A stretch of 64,000 bases of DNA, taken from positions 32,001 through 96,000 of the IMG/VR virus record IMGVR_UViG_3300037225_001468; one strand, given 5' to 3'. A model generated the notes under the pieces. The model was not told the DNA's origin. It made no database searches and worked only from the letters and a program-made list of their open reading frames with translations. A program made the position numbers and the translations under genes. The DNA is from a virus. This document shows, piece after piece, positions 48,428 to 57,907 of the stretch. Each line of letters opens with the position of its first letter. The first letter of the stretch is position 1.

Positions 48428-49052
48428 TTTAATTAACTTGTATAAAAGTGAATCTTCAAGTGTTTTTAGTAACATTTCTAATGGTGTTATTGATAGTTTT
48501 GTCCAGATGGTTATTGATACTTATGATTTAGAAAAGAAAGTTTTTGTTTGTGGTAATGGTGGTAATGCTTCTTTTGTAGGAAATTTTGTTACAGATTTAA
48601 ATTTACATCCGTTTATGTCTGAAGATAAATCGAAGCCTATGAATGTTACTAAAAGAATGTTTGCTATTAATTTAACTGATTCTGCCTCTACTATTACTGG
48701 CATATTAAATGACGTTGGAGCAGATTTTATTTTTAGTGAACAAATGAAATATTCTGCTAAAACAGGTGATCTTTTTGTAGGACTTAGTGGATCTGGTAAT
48801 TCTAAAAATATTTTGGAAGCTATGAAACTTGGAAAAACGATTGGTATGAAGAATATTTTGATAACAAAATATTCTAAATCTAATTGTGCTCAATATGCCG
48901 ATCTTATTATAGAAATAGTTGGTAATTCTTTATTTCCAGGTCAAACAGGTAAGAATAATAATAATTTTCATTTTGAAGACTGTATATCTAAACTTTCTCA
49001 TATAGCTACTGGTATCTTAAAGGAAAAGGTGAAAAATGAAAATCAATCCTAA
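48414..49052 (+). CDS. gmhA: SIS-domain phosphoheptose isomerase-like protein
   Basis: CGNGGNAS, TGILND, IFSEQ, GDLFVGLSGSGNSKNI, ED. Confidence 0.75.
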   Translation: MKYYDLINLYKSESSSVFSNISNGVIDSFVQMVIDTYDLEKKVFVCGNGGNASFVGNFVTDLNLHPFMSEDKSKPMNVTKRMFAINLTDSASTITGILNDVGADFIFSEQMKYSAKTGDLFVGLSGSGNSKNILEAMKLGKTIGMKNILITKYSKSNCAQYADLIIEIVGNSLFPGQTGKNNNNFHFEDCISKLSHIATGILKEKVKNENQS

Positions 49053-49818
49053 TATTTTAAGAAAACACGTTTTAGATATGGTATATGATAAAAAATCAGG
49101 TCACATAGGTGGGAGTTTTTCTATAGCAGACGTAATAGCATATTTGTATTCTAATTTTAATTTAGCAACAATAGATATGCTTTCAGATAAACTTATTTTA
49201 TCTAAAGGTCATGCAGTTCCTATTTTATATGCGGTATTTTATGAACTTCAATTGCTAAACGATAATGATATGAAAAAGTTTAGAGAAATAGATTCTCCAC
49301 TTCAAGGACATCCAGTGAGAGAAAAATTATCATTATTACATGCTACGACTGGATCTTTAGGGCAAGGTCTTAGTATCGCTATTGGTCATGCTTTAGCAAT
49401 GAAACTTTTGAAACAATCTTATAAGATATTTTGTATATTGGGTGACGGTGAAGTTCAAGAGGGACAAATATGGGAAGCTTTTATGCTTGCTCCAAAATAT
49501 AAACTAAACAACCTTATAGTTATGGTTGATATTAATAAGGGACAAAGTGAGGGATTTACAAAAGATATTTTAGATATTGAAGATATGGAACAAAAAGTAA
49601 AATCATTTAACTGGAATGTTATAAGAATAAACGGTAATGATATGGGACAAATTGATATTGCTGTTAAGTTATGTGTTAACAATAAGGTTTCTCCTAATTG
49701 TATATTGTTAGATACCATTAAGGGAAAAGGTGTTTCGTTTATGGAGGGTCCAAATTGGCACTCTAGAAATCCTACAGAAGCAGAATATTTTCAAGCCATA
49801 AAGGAGTTAAATATATGA
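49036..49818 (+). CDS. transketolase N-terminal (TPP-binding) subunit
   Basis: SGHIGGSFS, LSKGHA, LQGHP, TGSLGQGL, GDGEVQEGQIWEA, TIKGKGVSFME..WH. Confidence 0.93.
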   Translation: MKINPNILRKHVLDMVYDKKSGHIGGSFSIADVIAYLYSNFNLATIDMLSDKLILSKGHAVPILYAVFYELQLLNDNDMKKFREIDSPLQGHPVREKLSLLHATTGSLGQGLSIAIGHALAMKLLKQSYKIFCILGDGEVQEGQIWEAFMLAPKYKLNNLIVMVDINKGQSEGFTKDILDIEDMEQKVKSFNWNVIRINGNDMGQIDIAVKLCVNNKVSPNCILLDTIKGKGVSFMEGPNWHSRNPTEAEYFQAIKELNI

Positions 49819-50732
49819 TTGCTACTCGTGACGGCTTTGGAGAACAACTTGCTATTTGTGGAAAAGATAATGAAAAAATAATAGTTTTAGGAGCAGATCT
49901 GTCTCATGCTACAAAGTGTTCTGTTTTTCAAGATAAATTTCCTAATAGATTTTTTGAGATAGGAATAGCAGAAGCTAATTGTATAGGTATTGCTTCTGGA
50001 TTATCTGAATATGGTTATAGAGTTTTTATTTCTTCTTTTGCTTCTTTTTTAACTGGTAGATATGATATTATAAGATGTTCTTTGGCATATTCTAATGCTA
50101 ATGTAGTTGTTGTTGGAACTCATTCTGGTATGGCTATTGGAAGAGATGGTGTGACACAAATGGGACTAGAAGATGTTAATGTTATGAGAGGTCTTCCGGG
50201 AATACAAATATTACAACCAGCTACTCCGTTAGAGGCAAGATTAATAACCAAATATTTATGTGAGACAGGGGGTTTGTCTTATTTGAGATTAGGAAGGCAG
50301 CCGGTAGAAGAAGTTTTTGATGGAAGTTATAAATTTGTTTTTGGAAAAGGATCAGTAATAAAGACCGGTAATGATATTGCTATTTTTTCAAGTGGTTGTG
50401 TATTAACTGAAGTATTAGATGTCGCAAAGAGACTTGATGCTAAAGGATTTTATACTTCTGTTATAAATATTTCTGTAATAAAGCCAATAGATAAAGACTT
50501 AATATTAGAAACTGCTCAGAATACAGGAATGCTTGTTTCTGTTGAAGATCATTCAATTATAGGAGGTTTAGGGACTGCCATATCAGAAGTATTAACAGAT
50601 AATTATCCTAAAAAGCTTTTAAGAATAGGATTAAGTGATATTTTTCCTGAATCTGGAAAACCAAATGATTTGTATGAAAAGTATGGACTTTCAGTTGAAA
50701 AGATATTTAATAGAATACTAAAAAGTAAATGA
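49815..50732 (+). CDS. transketolase C-terminal subunit
   Basis: ATRDGFG, ADL, GIAEAN, DGVTQ..ED, YLRLGR, EDHSIIGGLG. Confidence 0.92.
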   Translation: MIATRDGFGEQLAICGKDNEKIIVLGADLSHATKCSVFQDKFPNRFFEIGIAEANCIGIASGLSEYGYRVFISSFASFLTGRYDIIRCSLAYSNANVVVVGTHSGMAIGRDGVTQMGLEDVNVMRGLPGIQILQPATPLEARLITKYLCETGGLSYLRLGRQPVEEVFDGSYKFVFGKGSVIKTGNDIAIFSSGCVLTEVLDVAKRLDAKGFYTSVINISVIKPIDKDLILETAQNTGMLVSVEDHSIIGGLGTAISEVLTDNYPKKLLRIGLSDIFPESGKPNDLYEKYGLSVEKIFNRILKSK

Positions 50733-51379
50733 TAGACAAGAATACTAAAATATATTGTTCTTTTGCAAAGATGGCAGGTAATTTTGGTTGTAATATTTTT
50801 AATAAATCTTTTATCTATCTTAATTTAAATTGTATATATAAGTCTTTTTCAGTAGAAAATATAAAAAAAGCACTAGAATGTGTAAGGGTTTTAGATATTA
50901 AGGGATGTGCAGTTACTATGCCTTATAAGATTGAGTGCTTAAAATATGTTGATGAAATATCAGAAGAGGTTAAGGAGATAGGCTCTGCTAATACGATATT
51001 AAATAATGGGTTTTTAAACGCTTTTAATACTGACTGGTATGCTGCTTTTTGTGTGCTAAAAGAGTGTAACAATAAAAAAGTTTATATATTAGGTGATGGT
51101 GGGTATGCAAAAGCTGTATTATATGCAGCTTTAAAATTGAATTTATATTGTGAAAAAATAACTAGACAAAATTGGAACGATATAGGTGACATAAAAGAAT
51201 CTATAGTATATAATTGTACTCCTGTTGAAAATGTAATAATAGATAAAACAAATATTTTTATAGATTGTAATATAAAAACTTATACAGGAAAAAAATTAGC
51301 ATTATTACAGGCAAGTAAACAATTCGAGATGTATACAGGATTAAGTTTTCCAATAGATATTTTTAAGGATGTGCAGTAA
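50729..51379 (+). CDS. shikimate dehydrogenase-like oxidoreductase
   Basis: AVTMPYK, IGSANT, NTD, LGDGGYAKA, NCTP, QASKQFEMYTG. Confidence 0.8.
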   Translation: MIDKNTKIYCSFAKMAGNFGCNIFNKSFIYLNLNCIYKSFSVENIKKALECVRVLDIKGCAVTMPYKIECLKYVDEISEEVKEIGSANTILNNGFLNAFNTDWYAAFCVLKECNNKKVYILGDGGYAKAVLYAALKLNLYCEKITRQNWNDIGDIKESIVYNCTPVENVIIDKTNIFIDCNIKTYTGKKLALLQASKQFEMYTGLSFPIDIFKDVQ

Positions 51380-51735
51380 TGGTAAGACCAAAAACGATAT
51401 TTATAGATATAGATGGAACTATTTTACATCATTATGGAGATTTAAGTCAACAGATTACAAAAATTCCTATTGTTTTAGATGGGGTTAAGGAAAAATTTAT
51501 AGAATGGGATAAAAAAGGATATATTATTATTTTAACTACAGGGAGAAAAGAAGCATTAAGAAAGATTACAGAAAAACAGATTGTGGATGTTGGACTTTTT
51601 TTTGACCAGTTAATTATGGGTTGTGGTGGTGGTGAAAGAATACTTATTAATGATATGAAGGTTGATTCTGATGTTTTTACAGCTAGTGTTTATTGTCCTA
51701 AAAGGAATAATGGCATAAAAATGTTAGATATTTAA
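51379..51735 (+). CDS. small HAD-like phosphatase
   Basis: IFIDIDGT, LTTGR, INDMK. Confidence 0.75.
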   Translation: MVRPKTIFIDIDGTILHHYGDLSQQITKIPIVLDGVKEKFIEWDKKGYIIILTTGRKEALRKITEKQIVDVGLFFDQLIMGCGGGERILINDMKVDSDVFTASVYCPKRNNGIKMLDI

Positions 51736-51748
51736 TGTTTACATTATT

Positions 51749-53251
51749 ATGAAAAAAGTATTATTAATATTTCCTAATACAGCAAATCGACCTTTTATTA
51801 CTGCTGCTATACCCATTCTTGCTGGGATAGCAAAAGAAAAATGTTGGGAATGTAGTTATTTTGATACTTCTAATTATCAAAAAGAGAGTGACTCTATTGA
51901 AGACAAAGAGAAGTTTGGGTTCTTTATGAATCATTCTATTGATTTTAGAACAGGGTTTAAGTCATTTTCTGATATTACTAAAGACTTACAATCGCTTATA
52001 GATAATTTTAAACCAAATTTAATTGCTATAACTGCGATGACGTGTGATTATGAATTTCTTATGACATGGTGGAGAGAGATTGATACTAAGGGGGCCATAT
52101 CTACTATTGGTGGTTTTCATGCAACTGTTGCTCATACTGAAATAGAAAAAGAGAAACTTTTTGATATAATATGTATTGGACAAGGAGAATCTGTATTTTG
52201 TGATATATTGGACAACATAGATTCTGGAACGGAATGTTTTTCAAATATTGATGGTGTTTCTGTATATAATAAAAAAGATAAAATTTATAGTGTTGGTAAA
52301 AAAAAGAAGTTACTTTCTCCGGAACTTTTGTGGAAAATTAAAACCGATTATTCGCTCTTCGATCAGAGTTATTTTCGTTTTCCTTTTGACGGAAAAACTA
52401 TGAATCTTTTTCAAATAGATGCCGGGAGGGGGTGTCCATATAGTTGTTCTTATTGTGGTAATAATAGTTTAAGACAACACTATAAGGGATTAGGTAAATA
52501 TGTTTGCACTCGTCCTATGGAATCAACCTTTTCTGTTATGAGACAGATGCTTGTTGACCGTCAGGTTGATATATTTTCTTTTACTGATGAATGTTTTTTA
52601 GCGCGATCTTCATCTTGGATTAGGGTTTTTTTTGAAAAATATAAAAATGAGATTTGTAAACCATTTATAATGCAAACCCGAGCCGAGACAATCACAAATG
52701 AAACACTTGATATACTTTCTTCTGTTGGCGTTATTTTTTTTCAAATTGGGCTTGGAGTTGAGTCGGGATCAGTTCGTATACTTGAAAAAATATGTAATCG
52801 TATGATTAAACCTGATGAGATTATTAGGGCTTATGATCTTATGCATACCTATCCTAATATACGCACTAATGCGTATTTTATGTTAGGATTTCCAACAGAA
52901 ACTAGAGAAGAAATATGGATGACTATAAATTTATGTAAGAGGATAAAAAGTAAGGTTAATTCAGCTTCGATTTATCAGCCGTTTCCAGGCCAGACTTTGC
53001 GTGAAAAATGTATAGAACTTGGGTATATAAAAGGTAATGAAAGGATGGAAAGCTTTACTGGAAAATCTGTATTAAAGCAGCCTCATATTACTTCAGAAGA
53101 GATTAGTGGGTTATGGAGAACTTTTATATTATATGCAAAATTACCAGAATCGTTTTATCCTGATATTGAAAAATGTGAGAAAACGTATAATAAAGAAATG
53201 TTTGATAAGTTAATTGCATTAAGGTGGAATATAGAAAAGACTGGGAGTTAA
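51749..53251 (+). CDS. cobalamin-binding (class B) radical SAM protein
   Basis: IGGFHAT, GQGE, GRGCPYSCSYC, TDECF, GVESGS, MLGFPTET. Confidence 0.88.
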   Translation: MKKVLLIFPNTANRPFITAAIPILAGIAKEKCWECSYFDTSNYQKESDSIEDKEKFGFFMNHSIDFRTGFKSFSDITKDLQSLIDNFKPNLIAITAMTCDYEFLMTWWREIDTKGAISTIGGFHATVAHTEIEKEKLFDIICIGQGESVFCDILDNIDSGTECFSNIDGVSVYNKKDKIYSVGKKKKLLSPELLWKIKTDYSLFDQSYFRFPFDGKTMNLFQIDAGRGCPYSCSYCGNNSLRQHYKGLGKYVCTRPMESTFSVMRQMLVDRQVDIFSFTDECFLARSSSWIRVFFEKYKNEICKPFIMQTRAETITNETLDILSSVGVIFFQIGLGVESGSVRILEKICNRMIKPDEIIRAYDLMHTYPNIRTNAYFMLGFPTETREEIWMTINLCKRIKSKVNSASIYQPFPGQTLREKCIELGYIKGNERMESFTGKSVLKQPHITSEEISGLWRTFILYAKLPESFYPDIEKCEKTYNKEMFDKLIALRWNIEKTGS

Positions 53252-53256
53252 TATTT

Positions 53257-53934
53257 ATGTTTGTGATATCTTGTAAATATTCTCAAAAAAATAATTTTAT
53301 TTTTAATTTAGTTAAAGATATAAGAAGATTTCACGAAACAGAGGAGATAGTAGTTGTTGATAGTAGTTCTGAAGATAAAAGTTATTTTGATGAAATTAGA
53401 AAAATGAATGTTATTATTGAAGATATAGAAAATAAAAATTATGATACTGGAGCTTATTGGTATGCCTTTAAAAAATATTCTGATAGATCATTTTTTTATT
53501 TTTTACATGATTCAATAAAAATTAAAGCTAATCTTGATTATTTAAAAGAAAAGGATTTAACTATATTGTGTTATTTTGATAGAAATTTAGAAGCATTTAA
53601 AAGTTTAAAAAATAAAGTTAACACTTTAACAGAATATAAATATGTTGATGAAGGAAAAGGAGTATTTGGGCCGATATTTTTTTGTAAAAATTCAATTATG
53701 AAAAAGTTATATAGTAAAAAGCTGGATGTTATTTTACCTACTAATAAACACGAAGCAGCATGTATGGAGGCAATTTTTGGAAATGCTTTTGAGCAAGAGG
53801 GATATAATCTTCCGGAATGTTCTTTGTGTGGAGATGTTTTAGAAAATGAAAGTGTTAGTGGAAAATCTGGAACATGGCCACATAGGACGGGTTGGCAGTT
53901 CCCGGTAGAAAAGTTTTATGCTCTTAGACAATAA
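53257..53934 (+). CDS. putative glycosyltransferase
   Basis: IVVVDSSS, YDTGAY, FLHDS; ATG 53257 preferred over GTG 53224. Confidence 0.55.
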   Translation: MFVISCKYSQKNNFIFNLVKDIRRFHETEEIVVVDSSSEDKSYFDEIRKMNVIIEDIENKNYDTGAYWYAFKKYSDRSFFYFLHDSIKIKANLDYLKEKDLTILCYFDRNLEAFKSLKNKVNTLTEYKYVDEGKGVFGPIFFCKNSIMKKLYSKKLDVILPTNKHEAACMEAIFGNAFEQEGYNLPECSLCGDVLENESVSGKSGTWPHRTGWQFPVEKFYALRQ

Positions 53935-53942
53935 AGGTTTTT

Positions 53943-54926
53943 ATGGAAAAAATACATCAAATAGAAATTAATTTATTATTTTATAGAAGGCCAGTAGCTC
54001 TGCCGATTCATGCTTATTTTTTAAGTAAAATTAAAGAAGAAAATAAGAAAAAAATACAATTGAATATATTGGGACAAAATGGAAACTGGCCTGACTGTGA
54101 ACCTATTTGTGAATTTCTTAGAACTAATGGTATTGATGCATATTATAATTTTCAATTTGGAAACTATATAGATAAAATAAAATTTGCTGCGAATACTCCA
54201 TCTCCTCACTGTGTAAAATTAGATGAAGATTGTTTTGTCAGTAATCATGTTTGGGATTTTATGTTAGATAATGTGAATTTACTAGATAATGAAGATAATC
54301 TACTTTTAGCTCCTTGTTTGACAACTGGAATTCCTACTCATGATTATGTATGTGAAGATATGTTCTCGTTAGAACAAAATGCTATACTGGATGAGATGAA
54401 GCGACAATCGAAATTCAAAAATATTTGGGGTGTAGATTATACCTTTTTAGATCAACAAACTATTAATTCTGATAGATGGAGACCAAATGACTTTTATAAT
54501 TTAGTAAAGACATTACAACATGATTACAAGGGTATACATCCAATAAGATTACATTCTGAAATAGTAAAGAAAACTAATGAATATTTTTTAGAAAATTTTG
54601 AAAAATTTGTAAATAAAACAAATTTATATGTGCAATCCATTGACTATAATACTAGACCTTATTTTTGTAATTCATTTTTTATTATAAGAACAGATGTTTG
54701 GAGAAGTATTATTAATGACAGATCTCTATATGTTGATCCTTATGATGAAGTTCCGTTAAATCGCTATAGAGTTAGATATAACAAGAAGTTTTTATTTATT
54801 AGGAATTCTAATGGAGTGCATACTCTTTATGGGTGCAACGAACCTTATGAACCAGGAATAGAGATTGGTCTTATTAGAGATATAAAAAACAGATTAGGCA
54901 TTAAATGGGCTCTTTGTAATTACTAA
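53943..54926 (+). CDS. putative glycosyltransferase
   Basis: VKLDED (DxD), HPIR, YFCNS, DEVPLN. Confidence 0.5.
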   Translation: MEKIHQIEINLLFYRRPVALPIHAYFLSKIKEENKKKIQLNILGQNGNWPDCEPICEFLRTNGIDAYYNFQFGNYIDKIKFAANTPSPHCVKLDEDCFVSNHVWDFMLDNVNLLDNEDNLLLAPCLTTGIPTHDYVCEDMFSLEQNAILDEMKRQSKFKNIWGVDYTFLDQQTINSDRWRPNDFYNLVKTLQHDYKGIHPIRLHSEIVKKTNEYFLENFEKFVNKTNLYVQSIDYNTRPYFCNSFFIIRTDVWRSIINDRSLYVDPYDEVPLNRYRVRYNKKFLFIRNSNGVHTLYGCNEPYEPGIEIGLIRDIKNRLGIKWALCNY

Positions 54927-54930
54927 AAAT

Positions 54931-55251
54931 ATGAAAATCAATAATCTTAAAAACTTTATACGAGGTTGGTTTATAGGAGATTTTAATCCTACCTTATTAA
55001 ATACAAAAAATTTTGAAATAGCAGTTAAAAGATATAAAGCAGGAGACTATGAACCTTATCATGTTCATAAAATAGGAACTGAATATACACTTATTATTTC
55101 CGGTGAAGTTGATATGAATAATATTCACTATCAAACTGATGATATTATTGTTACAGAACCAGGTGAATATACTGATTTTAGAGCGATCACTGATGCGGTT
55201 AATGTTGTTATTAAAGTTCCCTGTATAAAAGGTGATAAATATTTATTATGA
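54931..55251 (+). CDS. cupin-domain protein
   Basis: RGWFIGDF, HVHKIGTE, GE, DKY. Confidence 0.75.
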   Translation: MKINNLKNFIRGWFIGDFNPTLLNTKNFEIAVKRYKAGDYEPYHVHKIGTEYTLIISGEVDMNNIHYQTDDIIVTEPGEYTDFRAITDAVNVVIKVPCIKGDKYLL

Positions 55252-55718
55252 TATTTATATCTCATAGAGGAAATTTATTAGGAAGAAATGAACAATGCGA
55301 AAATCGTCCAGATTATATTGAAGTGGCTATTCAAAAAGGATTTTATGTAGAAATAGATTTAAGAGTAATAGATAGTAAACTACTATTAGGTCACGATGGC
55401 CCTCAGTATGAGATAAATAATGAGTTTTTACAAAATAAAAAATTATATATTCACGCTAAAAACGATGAAGCATTACAGTGGCTAAATAAAACTAATTTAC
55501 ATTATTTTTGGCATCAAAATGATGATTATACTTTAACTTCTAAAAGAATAGTTTGGGTTTATCCTAATAAAAAACTTTTGATAAATTCTATAGTAGTTAT
55601 GCCAGAAAACGGTCAGTATTCAGAAGAAGATATAAATAAATGTTTTGGTATATGCTCTAATGATATAGAAAAGTATTTTTTTAGATTTGCTATAAAAAAT
55701 GACGATGATATAATATAG
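55248..55718 (+). CDS. glycerophosphodiester phosphodiesterase-like protein
   Basis: ISHRGN, EN, VEIDL, LGHD, HAKN, FWHQ, TLTS. Confidence 0.7.
   Translation: MIFISHRGNLLGRNEQCENRPDYIEVAIQKGFYVEIDLRVIDSKLLLGHDGPQYEINNEFLQNKKLYIHAKNDEALQWLNKTNLHYFWHQNDDYTLTSKRIVWVYPNKKLLINSIVVMPENGQYSEEDINKCFGICSNDIEKYFFRFAIKNDDDII
55687..55714 (+). promoter_or_regulatory. putative sigma70 promoter with extended -10
   Basis: TTGCTA-N16-TATAAT with TGn immediately before the -10; upstream of ugd. Confidence 0.4.
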
Positions 55719-55737
55719 TGATCTGGAGAGTTAAAGT

Positions 55738-56616
55738 ATGACAAATAATAGTATCAAACTTAGTGTATACGGGTGTGGTTTCGTTGGACAGGCAATTATT
55801 CGTGGTTTTAATTTATATGCTGACGTAAAAGCATATGATATTGATCCAAAAAGATGCGTAAACACATTTGAAGAAACTATTATGTGTGATTTTGTTTTTT
55901 TGTGTTTGCCTACTCCTATGGTATCAGTCGAGGGTGGAGAATGTAATCTTTCTATTATTTATGATTGTTTTGAAAAGATAAATAGTTTTCATAAAGAACA
56001 TCCAGAATTATCAAGAGAAATAAATCCTATTTATATTATAAAATCAACAGTTCCTATTGGAACTACTAGAAAACTTACTGAAAAATATATAAACTTAAAT
56101 ATTATTCATAGTCCTGAGTTTTTAACGGCACGATGTGCTAATCTGGATTTTGTTGTTCCGGCAAGAAATATAGTTGGAGGAAACAATTTACAATCAGTAA
56201 ATAAATTAGCCAATTTGTATAAAGAAAGATTTCCTGGTGTTTTATGTTTAACTATGTCTTCAGATGAGTCTGAAGCAGTTAAATATGCTGCTAATTGTTT
56301 TTTTGCTACAAAAGTAATGTTTTTTAATGAGATGAAACTTATATCTGATAAGTTAAAATTAAACTGGAACAATATTATTGAAGGAGTAATGTCCGATGGA
56401 AGAATAGCAAAATCACATTATCAAGTTCCGGGACACGATGGAGATGCGGGTTTCGGTGGACTTTGTTTCAGTAAAGACATAAATGCTTTAATAGCAACAT
56501 TTTGTGAGAATGGATTAGATCCAAAAGTATTAAAAGCGGTTTGGGAACAAAATAAAAAAGTGCGTAAAAATTGGGATTGGGCAACAAGCAAATCAGCAGT
56601 AATGGAGAAAAAATAA
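55738..56616 (+). CDS. ugd: UDP-glucose/GDP-mannose dehydrogenase family, short form
   Basis: GCGFVG, LPTP, KSTVPIGTT, PEFL, KYAAN.F.A.K, GFGGLCFSKD. Confidence 0.85.
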   Translation: MTNNSIKLSVYGCGFVGQAIIRGFNLYADVKAYDIDPKRCVNTFEETIMCDFVFLCLPTPMVSVEGGECNLSIIYDCFEKINSFHKEHPELSREINPIYIIKSTVPIGTTRKLTEKYINLNIIHSPEFLTARCANLDFVVPARNIVGGNNLQSVNKLANLYKERFPGVLCLTMSSDESEAVKYAANCFFATKVMFFNEMKLISDKLKLNWNNIIEGVMSDGRIAKSHYQVPGHDGDAGFGGLCFSKDINALIATFCENGLDPKVLKAVWEQNKKVRKNWDWATSKSAVMEKK

Positions 56617-56664
56617 ATAATAGATAAACTGATGAATTGTGAAAAAATAGTAAGACCATCTAAT

Positions 56665-56865
56665 ATGGGAAAGAATACACATTAGAAACAATAAATAAAA
56701 TAAGATTATGGACAAAAATATAAAGGTATTGTTTTCCATAAATTAAATTGTAAGTGGACTGCACATATAACTATAAATAAAAAAGATTGTATTTAGGGAT
56801 TTTTCTCACAGAAAAAGAGGTTTATAAAAAAAAGATTAAAATATATTATTGATAATAATTTAAAC
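56665..56865 (+). pseudogene. frameshifted remnant of a NUMOD3-AP2 homing-endonuclease-type gene
   Basis: GKEYTLETINKI (NUMOD3-like) / GQKYKGIVFHKLNCKWTAHITINKK / frameshift / RLYLGIFLTEKE (AP2-like). Confidence 0.65.
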
Positions 56866-56892
56866 AAAAATATATATTTGTAAAGTGATATT

Positions 56893-57570
56893 ATGGTAGA
56901 ATTTCTTTTTAAATTTCCAACAAAATCTCGTCCTGTTAAATTTAAGAACACTTTAGAGAAATATTATTCTTTTTTGTCTAATAAATATAGTTATAAATTT
57001 GTTATTACTATGAATAATAATGATGGAACAATGGATAATAGAAGTATGATAAATTATTTAGAGTCTAAACCTAATTTAGATTTTTATTATGAAAGAATAA
57101 TGTCAAAAGTGCAAGCTATAAATGCTAATATAGATAAATATAATGATTTTAATATTATTTGCCTATTGAGCGATGATATGATTCCGGTCGTTCCTGGATT
57201 TGATGAAATAATATTTGAAAATATGTTAAAGTATTCTAAAGATTTTGATATTGCTTTACATTTTAATGATGGAAGAGTTGGACAAAAATTAAATACATTG
57301 TCTATTATGGGAAAAAAATTATATGACTATTTTGGATACATATATCACCCAGATTATACATCTTTATGGTGTGATAATGAATTTCATGATGTTACATATG
57401 CTATGAATAAGGCTGTTTATATAGATCAAGTCATAATAAAACATGAGTGGATAAAATATACAGGCAGAGATATGTTAAATGTAGAAAATGAAAAATTTTA
57501 CAAAAGAGACAAAGAAATATATTTAAAGCGTAAAGAGATAAATTTTAATAAAGATATTAGAATATCATGA
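56893..57570 (+). CDS. GT2-like glycosyltransferase
   Basis: FPTKSRP, KVQAIN, LSDDMIP, NDG, YIYHPDY.S.WCDNE, IIKHE. Confidence 0.7.
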   Translation: MVEFLFKFPTKSRPVKFKNTLEKYYSFLSNKYSYKFVITMNNNDGTMDNRSMINYLESKPNLDFYYERIMSKVQAINANIDKYNDFNIICLLSDDMIPVVPGFDEIIFENMLKYSKDFDIALHFNDGRVGQKLNTLSIMGKKLYDYFGYIYHPDYTSLWCDNEFHDVTYAMNKAVYIDQVIIKHEWIKYTGRDMLNVENEKFYKRDKEIYLKRKEINFNKDIRIS

Positions 57571-57593
57571 ATAGTGAGTATTTATAATATAAA

Positions 57594-57905
57594 ATGGCAA
57601 AATCAAAAAGTAAAATTCGTAAAAAGAGAAAAAATAATATGCCTATAGTTTTAGATATGGATGATTTATATAAAATATTAAATAAGGTTCAAATTGATAA
57701 TGAAGAGCAAATTTTTGAGTTAAATGATTTTTCACTAATTCCTCAAGTAGAAAATATTATTAAGGACTCAACCTTGAGATTTAAGAAAAATATTAAAAAA
57801 AGTAAAGTAATATTTTCTATTTCTCCAGGAGAGCATGAGTTTTGTAAAGAAATAGAACTTGATATATTGGAAGATGAGATTCCAGATGAGAGTTTTCTTT
57901 TATAA
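57594..57905 (+). CDS. hypothetical protein
   Basis: ORF; basic N-terminus, acidic C-terminus. Confidence 0.55.
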   Translation: MAKSKSKIRKKRKNNMPIVLDMDDLYKILNKVQIDNEEQIFELNDFSLIPQVENIIKDSTLRFKKNIKKSKVIFSISPGEHEFCKEIELDILEDEIPDESFLL

Positions 57906-57907
57906 AA

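Noticed and set aside
49036-50732. Two-gene transketolase as further evidence of unusual gene splitting
   Set aside because: Split transketolases are common in bacteria and archaea
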